Part shown: positions 53,801 through 64,000 of the stretch, one piece after another
Numbering within the stretch: the first letter of the stretch is position 1
How the letters are laid out: the number at the start of each line of letters is the position of its first letter
NCBI GenBank assembly: GCA_963706595.1
Contig: OY970166.1
Span: forward strand, 2,656,001-2,720,000
Length of the DNA stretch: 64,000 bases
Direction of reading: 5' to 3'
Origin: an uncultured cyanobacterium
GTDB taxonomy: Bacteria; Cyanobacteriota; Cyanobacteriia; Cyanobacteriales; Nostocaceae
The notes under the pieces: model-generated
Told to the model about the DNA's origin: nothing
The model's input: the letters and a program-made list of their open reading frames with translations, nothing else
Database searches by the model: none
Position numbers and translations under genes: made by a program

Positions 53801-55813
53801 TTACAACTTGCTCTTGACTTTTGGGCGCTTTTCCTCATAGCTCATTTGAGCCACAGGAATAGTGAAATGAAATTGACTACCTTGGTCTTTACCATGAGAT
53901 TGGGCCCAAATTTCCCCACCCCAGCCAGTGACAATTTGACGGCTAATTGCTAATCCCAAGCCAGTCCCGCCAGTGGTCCGCCGCAGCGCTCCTTCTTCTT
54001 GATAAAAGCGGTCAAACACGATTTCTAGGCGATTGGGTTCAATACCACGTCCAGTATCAGCCACAGTCACCTCCACCATCTGATTTTTGTTTTCAGTGGC
54101 TGTAATCGTAATCTGGCCTTCAGACAGTGTAAATTTACAAGCGTTATCGATCAGTTTTGCAATTACCTCCACCAGCCAATCACCATCAGCCCTGACTAAA
54201 GGCAGATTTTCAGCAATTTGAGTTTTGATTTGGGGTGGTTTATCGGCTGAGGAACGGGTGCGAAGTCGGCTGAGGGCTAAATCCACACATTCTTGTAAAG
54301 TCAAGGATTCTGGATGCCATTCTACCCTGCCGCTTTCTAGGTTGGAAAGGGTGAGGAAATCTTGCACCAGTTTCCGCATTCGTTCTGAGTCGGAGAGTGC
54401 AGTACTCAGCATCACCTGTTGCAACTCTAAAGGCATATCCGGTTCGGTTGCCAGACTTTCTAAGCACACCTGAATTGTGGATAGAGGCGTGCGGAGTTCG
54501 TGGCCTGTAATGGCGATTAAGTTGCTGCGGGTGCGGTCAAGGGCTTCTAGCTGCTGGTTCAGGTCTTCGAGGTTGGCGTAAGCTTCGGCTTGAATTAAAG
54601 CTGCGCCCATTTGAGTGGCGATCGCTTTCACCAAGTCTAGTTCTCCTGGTTGCCATTCGTGGGGCGGTACACTGCAATAATGCAATTCCACAATGCCTAA
54701 CAACCGTCCTTGAAATAACACTGGTTCAATTAACCAAGAACGAATGGCAAATTTTTTGGCAATTGCAGACAGTTTTTGGGATTTGGTCACACGAGGATCA
54801 CTCAGCGTATCCGCTACACAAACGCCCTCACCGTTTTGGATGGCTTCTTGAAATAAATGATTTTCCTCTAACTGCCAACTTTGCCCACCTACAGGTAAAA
54901 CACCAGGAATCAAAAACTCATGTTTAATCTGTGCCTGGGCATCTATAGCCTGAGCGCGGTAAATTAAACAACGACTAGCCCCTAAGTGTTCTCCTAGTTC
55001 TTGTGCAGCAATTTGTAGCACTTCGTGGGGGTCAAGCGATCGCCTAATTGCCGTACTAATAGAGTTGACTAAACGCTCTTTTCGTGCTTGGGCAGTAATC
55101 GAACGATAGGCTTTGTGCAGTTTATATTGGCTAGCTTGCAGATAAGTCACCAAGCGCTGCACAAAGGGGTCAGTGTCGATATCACAAGCAAATTCAGTCT
55201 TTTGTTCGGCTGGGGAATAATTTCTAGTTTCCCCAATCCCAAACCTCTGGCGAGCCGCTTTAATTTTGTCTCCCAGGTCTGGTCTGTAAACTGAAATTCT
55301 GTCTAATAGCAAATCAGCAGCTTTAATGCTCACTCCCCGTTCTGATGTCCAGATTCCCTCAAACCTCCGCGCCGTGTCCATATCTAGGCTAGGAGTGAAT
55401 TCTGGTAACTGCTGGTTTTTGGAAATGGAACCCAGGCTTTCCCGGCACACCAAGCAAGTAGCATAATTATCAGCAATTACCACCAAATGCCATTCTTGAC
55501 TTAAGGCATCTTCTGGCTCAAAGGCCACCTTTTCATAATATTCCGAACTGTTGATAAAGTCCGTCTCTGGTGCGGACAAAACATATATTTGATTACTACG
55601 TAGAGATAAGCGCTGATAGCGATGAGCTTCTTGGCGATAGTATCGCTCTCGTTGGAAGCTAGCAATTATCAAAGGCTGCTCTAAAGTCGCCGCCAAAACC
55701 TGATCTTCCATCGCGTGGGAAAGGGCTGTTAATGAAGCCTTGAAATATAGCTGGGGTCGCAGGTATGGTATAGATTCTAGCAGATCACTCAGCACGGAAG
55801 ACGAAATGCTCAT
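53801..55813 (-). CDS. DICT-GAF sensor histidine kinase
   Basis: YFKASLTALSHAMED (DICT), GAF region, GHELRTPL and GGTGLGL. Confidence 0.9.
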   Translation of the reverse strand: MSISSSVLSDLLESIPYLRPQLYFKASLTALSHAMEDQVLAATLEQPLIIASFQRERYYRQEAHRYQRLSLRSNQIYVLSAPETDFINSSEYYEKVAFEPEDALSQEWHLVVIADNYATCLVCRESLGSISKNQQLPEFTPSLDMDTARRFEGIWTSERGVSIKAADLLLDRISVYRPDLGDKIKAARQRFGIGETRNYSPAEQKTEFACDIDTDPFVQRLVTYLQASQYKLHKAYRSITAQARKERLVNSISTAIRRSLDPHEVLQIAAQELGEHLGASRCLIYRAQAIDAQAQIKHEFLIPGVLPVGGQSWQLEENHLFQEAIQNGEGVCVADTLSDPRVTKSQKLSAIAKKFAIRSWLIEPVLFQGRLLGIVELHYCSVPPHEWQPGELDLVKAIATQMGAALIQAEAYANLEDLNQQLEALDRTRSNLIAITGHELRTPLSTIQVCLESLATEPDMPLELQQVMLSTALSDSERMRKLVQDFLTLSNLESGRVEWHPESLTLQECVDLALSRLRTRSSADKPPQIKTQIAENLPLVRADGDWLVEVIAKLIDNACKFTLSEGQITITATENKNQMVEVTVADTGRGIEPNRLEIVFDRFYQEEGALRRTTGGTGLGLAISRQIVTGWGGEIWAQSHGKDQGSQFHFTIPVAQMSYEEKRPKVKSKL

Positions 55814-56876
55814 GAATATCGTTAAAGAAAAGCCCAATCACAATAAAGATTCAAGTCATAGCTGCATTGTACAAATTACAACGGACTCTCAAGTGCAGCA
55901 GACAGTTGAAATATGTAAAGAATCGTTAACAACACTTTTCACAAAGGTAGTGACAGCGTTAGAAAATTTTCCAGAACTAGACCAATAAAAATAGTACATT
56001 CCTTGCTCCTATCCTGGAATATGGAAGTGTTTTGCTACATTTGTCTTGATATTTATTTTGAACTTTTTTGTGGTTTCATTTGGTGGCCTGATCAGGTTTA
56101 AAACTAGAGGCTACTAAGCCCAATATACATTCAACAGACAGCTTTAGTCTCAATCTTAGCCACCGTGTATTTACCTAAAATTACCCATAAATCGAAAATC
56201 AGCCAGTTTAAACTTCTCTCCCTCGCTAATTTTATCAACTTTTTGGCAAATAATATTTGATTAGCTATTTATACCATTTACTCATCTGCTAATCCAAATC
56301 TATCTGTGGTTAATTCATTCTATGGCTACGCCACGCCAGCCATCATATTTTTACAACTGTAAGTAATTAAACTTCTACAAATAAATAACTGCTGTGAAGG
56401 CAAAAAAAGGGGGGATTTAATTTAAGTAAATTTCAAATATTTTGACAGCAAAAAATAGAAGAGTTTATTATATTGTGCTTTAAGAATTATTCTTCACTAT
56501 TTAATTGAAGCAAATTTTTACATAAATCTCTTTAAAGATACAAAAATTATTTAACCCAGTTTAAAGGATTAAAGGACTTAATCGCGCCATAAAATTGTCA
56601 CCATTGACAACTTTAGCATCTTGGCTAAGTATTTTCTTTCCATAACGTCTGAGAAGGTTGAGAGTTAGATAAATTAGCTGAAAATCACCGTTTTTCAGCC
56701 TTGACTTTAAATATAGAAAATATAATCTGGTAAAGATTTGTGATTAATGTCCTGTCTTTGTCTTTGCCAAAAATTGGTGCATCTTAATTTGACACCCAAA
56801 GATTAAAACCACCTTATAGAAACACTTTCCCCTGTTGAACCCATTGATATATACCTGGAAAAAGGAACTTTCGCTA

Positions 56877-59106
56877 ATGACACCGGATACACTGACGACC
56901 CCGGAAAAAATTTCTTTAGATGGCAAAACTTTTACTCCCGCAGCACAATTACCTATACCGGAATGGCCTTGTGTCGTTAGTGAAAGACCACAACCAACTC
57001 TGACGGTTAAAGATGATGATTTATTTTTAGTGACGGATACAATGGGGAACATTTCTGGCTGTTCCCTCCAGGATGGGAACCCGAACGTGGGACTATTTTG
57101 TGCTGACACCAGATTTCTCAATCGTCTAGAGTTGCAAATTGCCGGGCGATCGCCTATTCTTCTGAGTAGGTACCTGCTGAAAAAGGATTTTCAGTTTCAG
57201 TTCTCTGTACTAACCCGAATATTGACGAAGGACTGAAAGCTGAAACCATCGGTATTCGTCGAGAAATGGTGCTGAATGGGGCGCTATTTGAAGAAATTGA
57301 AATATCTAATTACAGCACCACAAACGTCAGCTTTGAATTAAGTATCAGCTTCGATGCAGATTTTGTTGATTTATTTGAGGTTCGCGGTGCTAAGAGAGAA
57401 CAACGGGGTAAGATTTTACGTTTAGTAGAATCCACACCTCAAGAATCCTTAACCTTAGCCTATCAAGGTTTGGATGGCTTATTAATGGAATCCCGTATCC
57501 AATTCCAGTATCGCCAACCAGACGATTTCCAGGGTTACACAGCTATTTGGCGGTTGGAACTAGCTTCTCACGAAACCCAAAAGCTAGGTTACAGAGTCAA
57601 TATGTTGACTAACAATCAGCCCAGTTCTACGGTGAGTGCAGCTTTTACCTTAGTACAAGCCAAAGCGGCTGAGTTGATGGAAGAGCAACAATGGATACAG
57701 CAAATTACACACATTAGATCAGATAAAAGTCTCTTCAATCGTGTAATTGAGCGTGCTGAACAAGATATGTATTTGTTGCGTCAGTCTTTTGGGAAGAATA
57801 AGACTGTTTCTGCGGGTGTCCCTTGGTTTTCCGCCTTATTTGGCAGAGATTCGCTAATTACAGCCTCCCAAACTCTGATGTTAAATCCTCAAATTGCTAA
57901 AGAAACTTTGATGATATTAGCCTCATATCAAGGTAAAACTGAGGATGATTGGCGCGAAGAAGAACCAGGGAAAATTTTACACGAGTTACGGTTTGGGGAA
58001 ATGGCGCGATGTGAAGAAATTCCCCATACACCCTATTACGGCACAGTTGATGCGACTCCCCTGTGGTTGATGTTGTATGCTGAATATTACGCTTGGACTC
58101 ACGATCAAGAAACACTAGAGAAACTTTGGCCGAATGCTCTAGCAGCGATGGAATGGATTGACCGTCATCTCCAACAGAGTAGCTATTTGACTTACTACCG
58201 TAAATCTAAACGTGGGTTGGCTAACCAAGGATGGAAAGATTCTGGCGACTGTATCGTAGACCATAAGGGTGAGTTAGCCGAGGGTCCCATTGCTTTGAGT
58301 GAGGTACAAGCTTACGTTTATGCAGCCAAAATTAAGCTAGCAGAAGTAGCTAAGATGAAGAAGCGGCTAGACTTAGCAGAACGCTGGCTAGATGAGGCTA
58401 GACACCTGAAGGTGCGTTTTAATCAAGATTTTTGGATTAAAGACCAAGATTTCTGCGCCTTGGCTTTGGACGGAGACGGTAAACCAGTGGAAAGTATTAC
58501 ATCTAATCCTGGACACTGTTTAAATTTAGGAATTTTTACACCGGAAAAAGCCTACAGTGTGGCGGAACGGTTACGCGCGCCAGATATGTTTAATGGCTGG
58601 GGGATTCGGACTTTGAGCAGTTTGTCACCCGCGTACAATCCAATGGGTTATCATATTGGTTCAGTTTGGCCTCACGATAATTCTCTCATTGCAATGGGAT
58701 TGCGATCGCTCGGTCTAATCTGATCAAGCTTTAGAAGTATTCCAAGGTTTGTTTGATATGACTAGTCAGCAACCATATCAACGTCCTCCAGAACTTTTCT
58801 GCGGTTATGAACGCAATGGTGACCATGCGCCGGTACAGTATCCAGTTGCTTGTACACCCCAAGCTTGGGCGACCGGGACTATATTTCAACTGCTGCAAAT
58901 GGTGGTTAATTTAGTCCCTGATGCTCAAAATAATTGCTTACGAATTATTGATCCGACTTTACCAGAATCAATTAATCCTCTGTCATTCCATAATTTGAAA
59001 GTCGGACCTACTATCCTGGATTTGGAGTTCGAGCGTTCTGGTAAGTACAACAGCTTGTCGGGTGGTGAAGAAACGGGGTAATCTCCGGGTGGTTATTGAA
59101 GCGTAA
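56877..59106 (+). CDS. Amylo-alpha-1,6-glucosidase (glycogen debranching family); frameshifts at ~57170, ~58721 and ~59044
   Basis: AGVPWF..LFGRD, EEPGKILHE, NQGWKDS, YHIGSVWPHD and ACTPQAWA across consecutive ORFs. Confidence 0.88.
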
Positions 59107-59394
59107 CCAGGGAATAGCTCACAAAATTTTAGGGGTTTAGTCACGCTAAACCCCTAAATAAGATAAAATCCCCAAGTTGTAGGGTGGGTTAGGACGATAG
59201 TCCGTAACCCACCATTATCCTGATGATTGAGATATTTCCCCTGATTCCCATTGCTTCCTGAGAAAAAATCTTAGAAGAAAACTGGTTTCCCGAATCTAAA
59301 GCTCATGTTCAGGAGTAATTTCAGTAGTTATAGGGGTTGAACAATTAATGCTAAACCCCCAATGCTACAAATACTAAATTATGACTGTCAAAAA

Positions 59395-59714
59395 TTAACC
59401 TTCTTCTTGACGGTCGATTTTGTGTCCTGGAGAAGATTCATAAAGAGCATCTAACTGTTGACGAGCATCTTCAACGTTAACTGAACGCATGACTAACAAA
59501 GGTTCTTTAATTAAGTTACCCGCGTTATCTAATAATTCTGGGTGGGGAATAAATTGTTTTCTCGAAGACATATAGCCTTGATTATCCATTGATGAGTATT
59601 TACCTGGATAAACTCGCTCTCGATCAAAACTGAACATAATCAAGTTGCGGATTAAGTTAGCCACGGCTAAAAAGCCAGAATTGTAAAAGCCAGAATGTAA
59701 AGTAGGTGTAACAT
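59395..59714 (-). CDS. DUF2973-like membrane protein; 1-bp deletion in a homopolymer near 59670
   Basis: MLHLLYILAFTILAF from ATG 59714 joins AVANLIRNL...HPELLD. Confidence 0.65.
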
Positions 59715-59991
59715 CGGATTTTCCTCTAAGAGCAGCAAGTTTTAAAACTTTATTCGGTTAGCCTTTTGCTTCGCCTATATTGTCAGAGTCCGGCGAAGAT
59801 GAATATCTCACGCACCTTGGTGCGTCTATATCTTGATGGAAAAATTTGTTAATCTATTCAAACTAAAGTAGCATGGGATACATTATTTGTTAATAAAAAT
59901 AATGTTAAGGATTTTGAATCTTTAATGCGACTTGTATAGTGTCTTGTTCTGATGCCAATGCAGTCTGCAAAAATCAACCAGCAGTCCAGTT

Positions 59992-60309
59992 TCAGGCTTC
60001 TAGTGCCTGACGAAAGCGCATTGATACATTCCAGCATTCTGTTACCAATCTGTGCCAAGGCATTAAGGTAGTCATCTCAATGCCGACTTGTCCATCCGTG
60101 GCGGTAAATAGCATTTTGGCTGCGTTTAGTTCATCTTGCGCTTGCTTGACTCGCAAAAGTAAATCTGATTGCTCTTCGTGACTCATAAATGAGAGTTGCC
60201 CGGTTTCTAACAATTCACGCGATCGCGCAAACCAATAATTAAAATCCTCCAGTAGAGGTTCTAATACCGTTTTCAGCATCTCAGCCCCTGGTACATTCGA
60301 GTCTCGCAT
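59992..60309 (-). CDS. DUF2605-like protein
   Basis: LEPLLEDFNYWF and PWHRLVTECW motifs. Confidence 0.7.
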   Translation of the reverse strand: MRDSNVPGAEMLKTVLEPLLEDFNYWFARSRELLETGQLSFMSHEEQSDLLLRVKQAQDELNAAKMLFTATDGQVGIEMTTLMPWHRLVTECWNVSMRFRQALEA

Positions 60310-60733
60310 AAATAAAAAGTATATTTCTAACTCCTCTAAGAATATTAACATTTTTTACAATTTTTAACATTATTTGATGCTATCTCCTCAGATAGATTGT
60401 GGAAAAATCTGTTCTAATCGCTACGAAATAGACTATAATTATAATTTGCGTAAGCTTTGTGTAAACTTGCAAAAATCCCAAAAAGCTATAAAAAATATAT
60501 ACAGTCAAAGTATTTTCAGCCCAGCCTCAGCGTAGCTCACAGTCAGTATCGCCAGCGAATAAGCATAATTTCCTACTTTGGTGCTGAGTCCTTAACACTC
60601 ATTTGCTGCGGTTTATGAGAAAAGCTTTAATTCCAGAGAAATATTAAAGTCAACTTGGCAGTAATCAAAGCCAGTAAACTCGCTATATTTGAAGCAGACT
60701 GGAAAGTGCTGAGTGCTGAGTAGGGAAAGAAAA

Positions 60734-60813
60734 GTAGGGTGCGTTATGGACGCTAGTCCTAACGCACCGAGAATTGAAGATGGTGCGTTGCGCTACGCGA
60801 CAACACACCCTAC
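60734..60813. repeat. GTAG-type REP doublet
   Basis: GTAGGGTGCGTTA...ACACCCTAC. Confidence 0.7.
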
Positions 60814-60892
60814 ACCCTGCTCCCTCCCAGCCTTTAAGTAGATTTTTCACAGCTTCAACTACTAAAATTATCTTTTTGTAATCACTTCGCTA

Positions 60893-62738
60893 ATGGTTCA
60901 GCAACCGATGTCGCCAAATTCATCTCTCAGTTCAATCAGAACAACCTGAAAAAATTTATTTACCTCGTACCAGCGAATCGGAAACATTAAAGCAGATTCG
61001 CCACACAGCTTCCCACGTAATGGCAATGGCGGTACAAAAGCTGTTTCCTAAAGCGCAAGTTACAATCGGTCCCTGGATTGAAAACGGTTTTTATTACGAC
61101 TTCGATAGTCCAGAACCATTTAGCGAAAATGATTTGAAAGCCATCAAGAAAGAGATGGTGAAAATTATTAATCGCAAATTACCTGTAATTCGGGAAGAAG
61201 TCAGCCGAGAAGAAGCCGAAGAAAGAATTTCAGAAATTCAGGAACCTTACAAACTAGAAATCCTGGGAGATATTAAAGAAGAACCGATCACAATTTACCA
61301 TCTGGGAAATGAATGGTGGGATTTGTGCGCCGGACCTCATGTAGAAAATACCAGCGAATTAAACCCCAAAGCTATTGAATTAGAAAGTGTAGCCGGTGCT
61401 TATTGGCGTGGGGATGAAACCAAGGCGCAGTTACAACGCATCTATGCGACTGCGTGGGAAAGTCCAGAACAACTGGCTGAGTATAAGCGGCGCAAAGAAG
61501 AAGCGCTACGAAGAGACCACCGTAAACTCGGTAAGGAACTGGGATTATTTATATTTTCCGAACAAGTGGGGCCGGGTTTACCTTTGTGGACTCCTAAAGG
61601 TACTTTGTTGCGGAGTGTTTTAGAAGATTTCCTCAAGAAGGAACAGCTAAAGCGGGGTTATTTACCTGTGGTAACGCCGCATATTGCGAGAGTGGATTTA
61701 TTTAAAACTTCTGGACACTGGCAGAAGTATAAGGAAGATATGTTTCCTTTGATGTCGGATGATGAGGAAGCCGCAGCTTTAGAGCAAGGTTTTGTCCTCA
61801 AGCCGATGAATTGTCCTTTTCATATCCAAATATACAAGAGTGAATTACGTTCCTATCGGGAATTACCAATTCGATTTGCCGAATTTGGTACTGTTTACCG
61901 CTACGAACAATCAGGAGAATTGGGTGGTTTAACCAGAGTGCGCGGTTTTACTGTGGATGATTCGCACCTGTTTGTGACTCCCGAACAGCTAGACAATGAA
62001 TTTCTCAACGTGGTGGATTTGATTTTGTCGGTGTTTAAGAGTCTGCAACTGAAGAATTTTAAAGCTAGACTCAGTTTCCGCGACCCAGCCAGTGATAAGT
62101 ATATTGGTTCTAATGAAGTTTGGGATAAAGCCGAAGGTGCTATTCGCCGCGCTGTGGAAAAGTTGGGAATGAATTACTTTGAGGGAATCGGGGAAGCGGC
62201 GTTTTATGGTCCCAAACTAGATTTTATCTTTAGTGATGCTTTAGAACGAGAATGGCAATTAGGAACTGTTCAGGTAGATTACAATTTACCAGAACGCTTT
62301 GATTTGGAATATGTGGCTGAAGATGGTTCCCGCCAACGTCCTGTAATGATTCACCGTGCGCCGTTTGGTTCTCTAGAACGGCTAATTGGGATTTTGATTG
62401 AAGAGTACGCTGGTGATTTTCCTTTATGGTTAGCACCTGTGCAAGCGAGATTGTTACCAGTGGGTGAAGCACAGCTAGATTTTGCTAAGGATGTCGCCGC
62501 GAAAATGGTGGCTGAGGGTATCCGTGCAGAAGTAGATACCAGTGGCGATCGCCTGGGTAAACTTATCCGCAATGCAGAGAAACAAAAAATCCCAGTCATG
62601 GCGGTGATCGGAGCCAAAGAAGTTGAATCTAACAGCTTAAGTATCCGTACCCGTGCTTCTGGAGAATTGGGAGCTATCCCTGTGGATGAGGTGGTGGATA
62701 AAATGAAGAGTGCGATCGCTAACTTCGAGAACTTCTAA
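60893..62738 (+). CDS. thrS: Threonine--tRNA ligase; +1 frameshift near 60930
   Basis: IRHTASH lies upstream of the tracked start and in frame with it; DLCAGPH, KPMNCPFH and HRAPFGS motifs. Confidence 0.95.
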
Positions 62739-62759
62739 CCATCATAGGCTAGGCATTGC

Positions 62760-63630
62760 CTAGTCTAACCACGACTGCAAATCAGCCATACTGGTAAAAT
62801 CAAGCAAGGCTTCACCCAGATTTTCTAATTCTTCTAAAGAGAGAGTTTCCACACGCTGACGCACATCTTGAGGTAGTTCTCCCACTCGTCGAGTTAGTTG
62901 ACGCAGGATGAGCGATCTTTCTCTTTGTAATCCTTCTTCCCGACCTTCTTCTCGGCCTTCTTCCTTAATTTCCCGGTAAACTCGCGTTTCTTTGAGTGTG
63001 ATTCCTAGCATCGCTTCAACCTCCCTGCGGCTTAATTTTTCAAACTTGTAAACCATGATTGTGGTAACTAATTCAATTATGGCGCTACTTGCGGTTTCTG
63101 CTTCCTCACAAGCGGAACGTTCCAGTAAATACTTAGCCTCAGAGGGTGCTTTTTCTGAGTCTACAGTGGTTAATACCATTAATGCTATTTATAAAGGTAA
63201 TTGACAAATATCTCCCAATTCATCCAAATAGATATCGAATTTGCACCTGATTACAATTCAGGAATCATCAACCCTGAAAATAAATATTACTTTGTTCTAT
63301 ATTGCTTGATAGTATAAATTATCAATGCTTGCCAATCATAAATTTGTTACTGTTGCGGTAGAAATATTGATGTAAGGAATACAGCAAATACTCTCTTATA
63401 GAGTTTTTCGTCGTTTTAAAATTGCACTTCGCAGAAATACACCATAGCTGGATTTCAAGTATTTTATAGTGATAAAAATACCCGATAAAAGATATAAAAT
63501 TAAGTTCATTGACAGCCAAACGAATTAAAATGAGAAATACTCCAGCATTTTCAGGCGGAATTGTCAATAGTTCAAATAATAAAGTCGGTGATTTTGAAAT
63601 AGTTGATAAAATATGGAATCTCGGCGAATG
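62760..63630 (-). pseudogene. Degraded Rpn / DUF2887-DUF4351 gene
   Basis: N-terminal RRDSIFYQLFQ..SPTLLFEL near 63630 and intact C-terminus (LILRQLTRRVG, LENLGEALLDF); middle broken, possibly low-quality sequence. Confidence 0.65.
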
Positions 63631-63817
63631 AAAGATGTTCCTCATGAGCGCAATAGTTAAACCTGTCGAAACACTCCTTTCTCTTATCATCTTAACCCCC
63701 AAGGAGTGCAAATTATCCAGATATTCTCAAAGCGATCGCTCATTTCGAGAACTTCTAGCAGAAAGTAGGGTGAGCAATACTCACCCTTTAAGTTGGCAAA
63801 ATCTAGCCACAAGCTTC

Positions 63818-64000
63818 TCATGCTGCAACTGAAGCTGTTAATCTTCCTTCGACTCGTTCATATTCATCTTCAAGTAGCCAAAGTTTTGCTTCTTCGTAGC
63901 TATCACTAGAAAACGCCAACTCATAATTCTGATTTGGATCGTAAACACAGCTTTTACCGGAACTGTCGCTTAATAAAATCAGAACGTATGGAGGTGAAGC
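63818..64000 (-). CDS. Hypothetical protein, 3' part (runs off window end)
   Basis: Open frame ...PPYVLILL...YEEAKLWLLEDEYERVEGRL...TGA. Confidence 0.6.
   Translation of the reverse strand, partial: ASPPYVLILLSDSSGKSCVYDPNQNYELAFSSDSYEEAKLWLLEDEYERVEGRLTASVAA

Noticed and set aside
55840..56870. ~1 kb AT-rich intergenic region
   Set aside because: No ORF, repeat or RNA structure I can support; probably divergent promoters
60893..62738. thrS as a pseudogene or programmed frameshift
   Set aside because: Otherwise intact gene, no slippery signal, and many similar indels in the window
63306..63325. TGATAG...TTATCA as a Zur box
   Set aside because: Spacing does not fit the 7-1-7 consensus and it lies inside a degraded gene

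Overview
This window comes from a heterocyst-forming-type (Nostocales-like) cyanobacterial chromosome, judged from frequent HIP1 GCGATCGC sites, STRR heptamer repeats and genes such as psaD, psb35, ftrV, zur and invB. Most of it is housekeeping: desC, bciB, rsmB, menH, mutL, purA, rplY, purSQ, trpE and thrS. Five features stand out. (1) An AT-rich, HIP1-poor two-gene island (44.3-51.1 kb) between purQ and trpE encodes a ~1000-aa protein whose C-terminal half reads like a divergent, catalytically inactive MID-PIWI (Argonaute-like) module, followed by a ~1200-aa SF2 helicase with a possible N-terminal nuclease. It is a candidate guide-dependent defence system analogous to DdmDE or pPIWI-RE, and this call is inference. 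(2) An enterobacterial CspC-like cold-shock gene sits upstream of psaD, although cyanobacteria generally lack such genes. (3) A tandem invertase paralog has Tyr in place of the catalytic Asp. (4) A MazF carries an HTH-like insertion. (5) A five-gene c-di-GMP signalling cluster has three hybrid kinases and an orphan solute-binding protein. There are also nested MITEs and a small repeat inserted in frame in mutL. Many 1-bp frameshifts, including one in thrS, suggest assembly indel errors, so split genes should not be taken as true pseudogenes.
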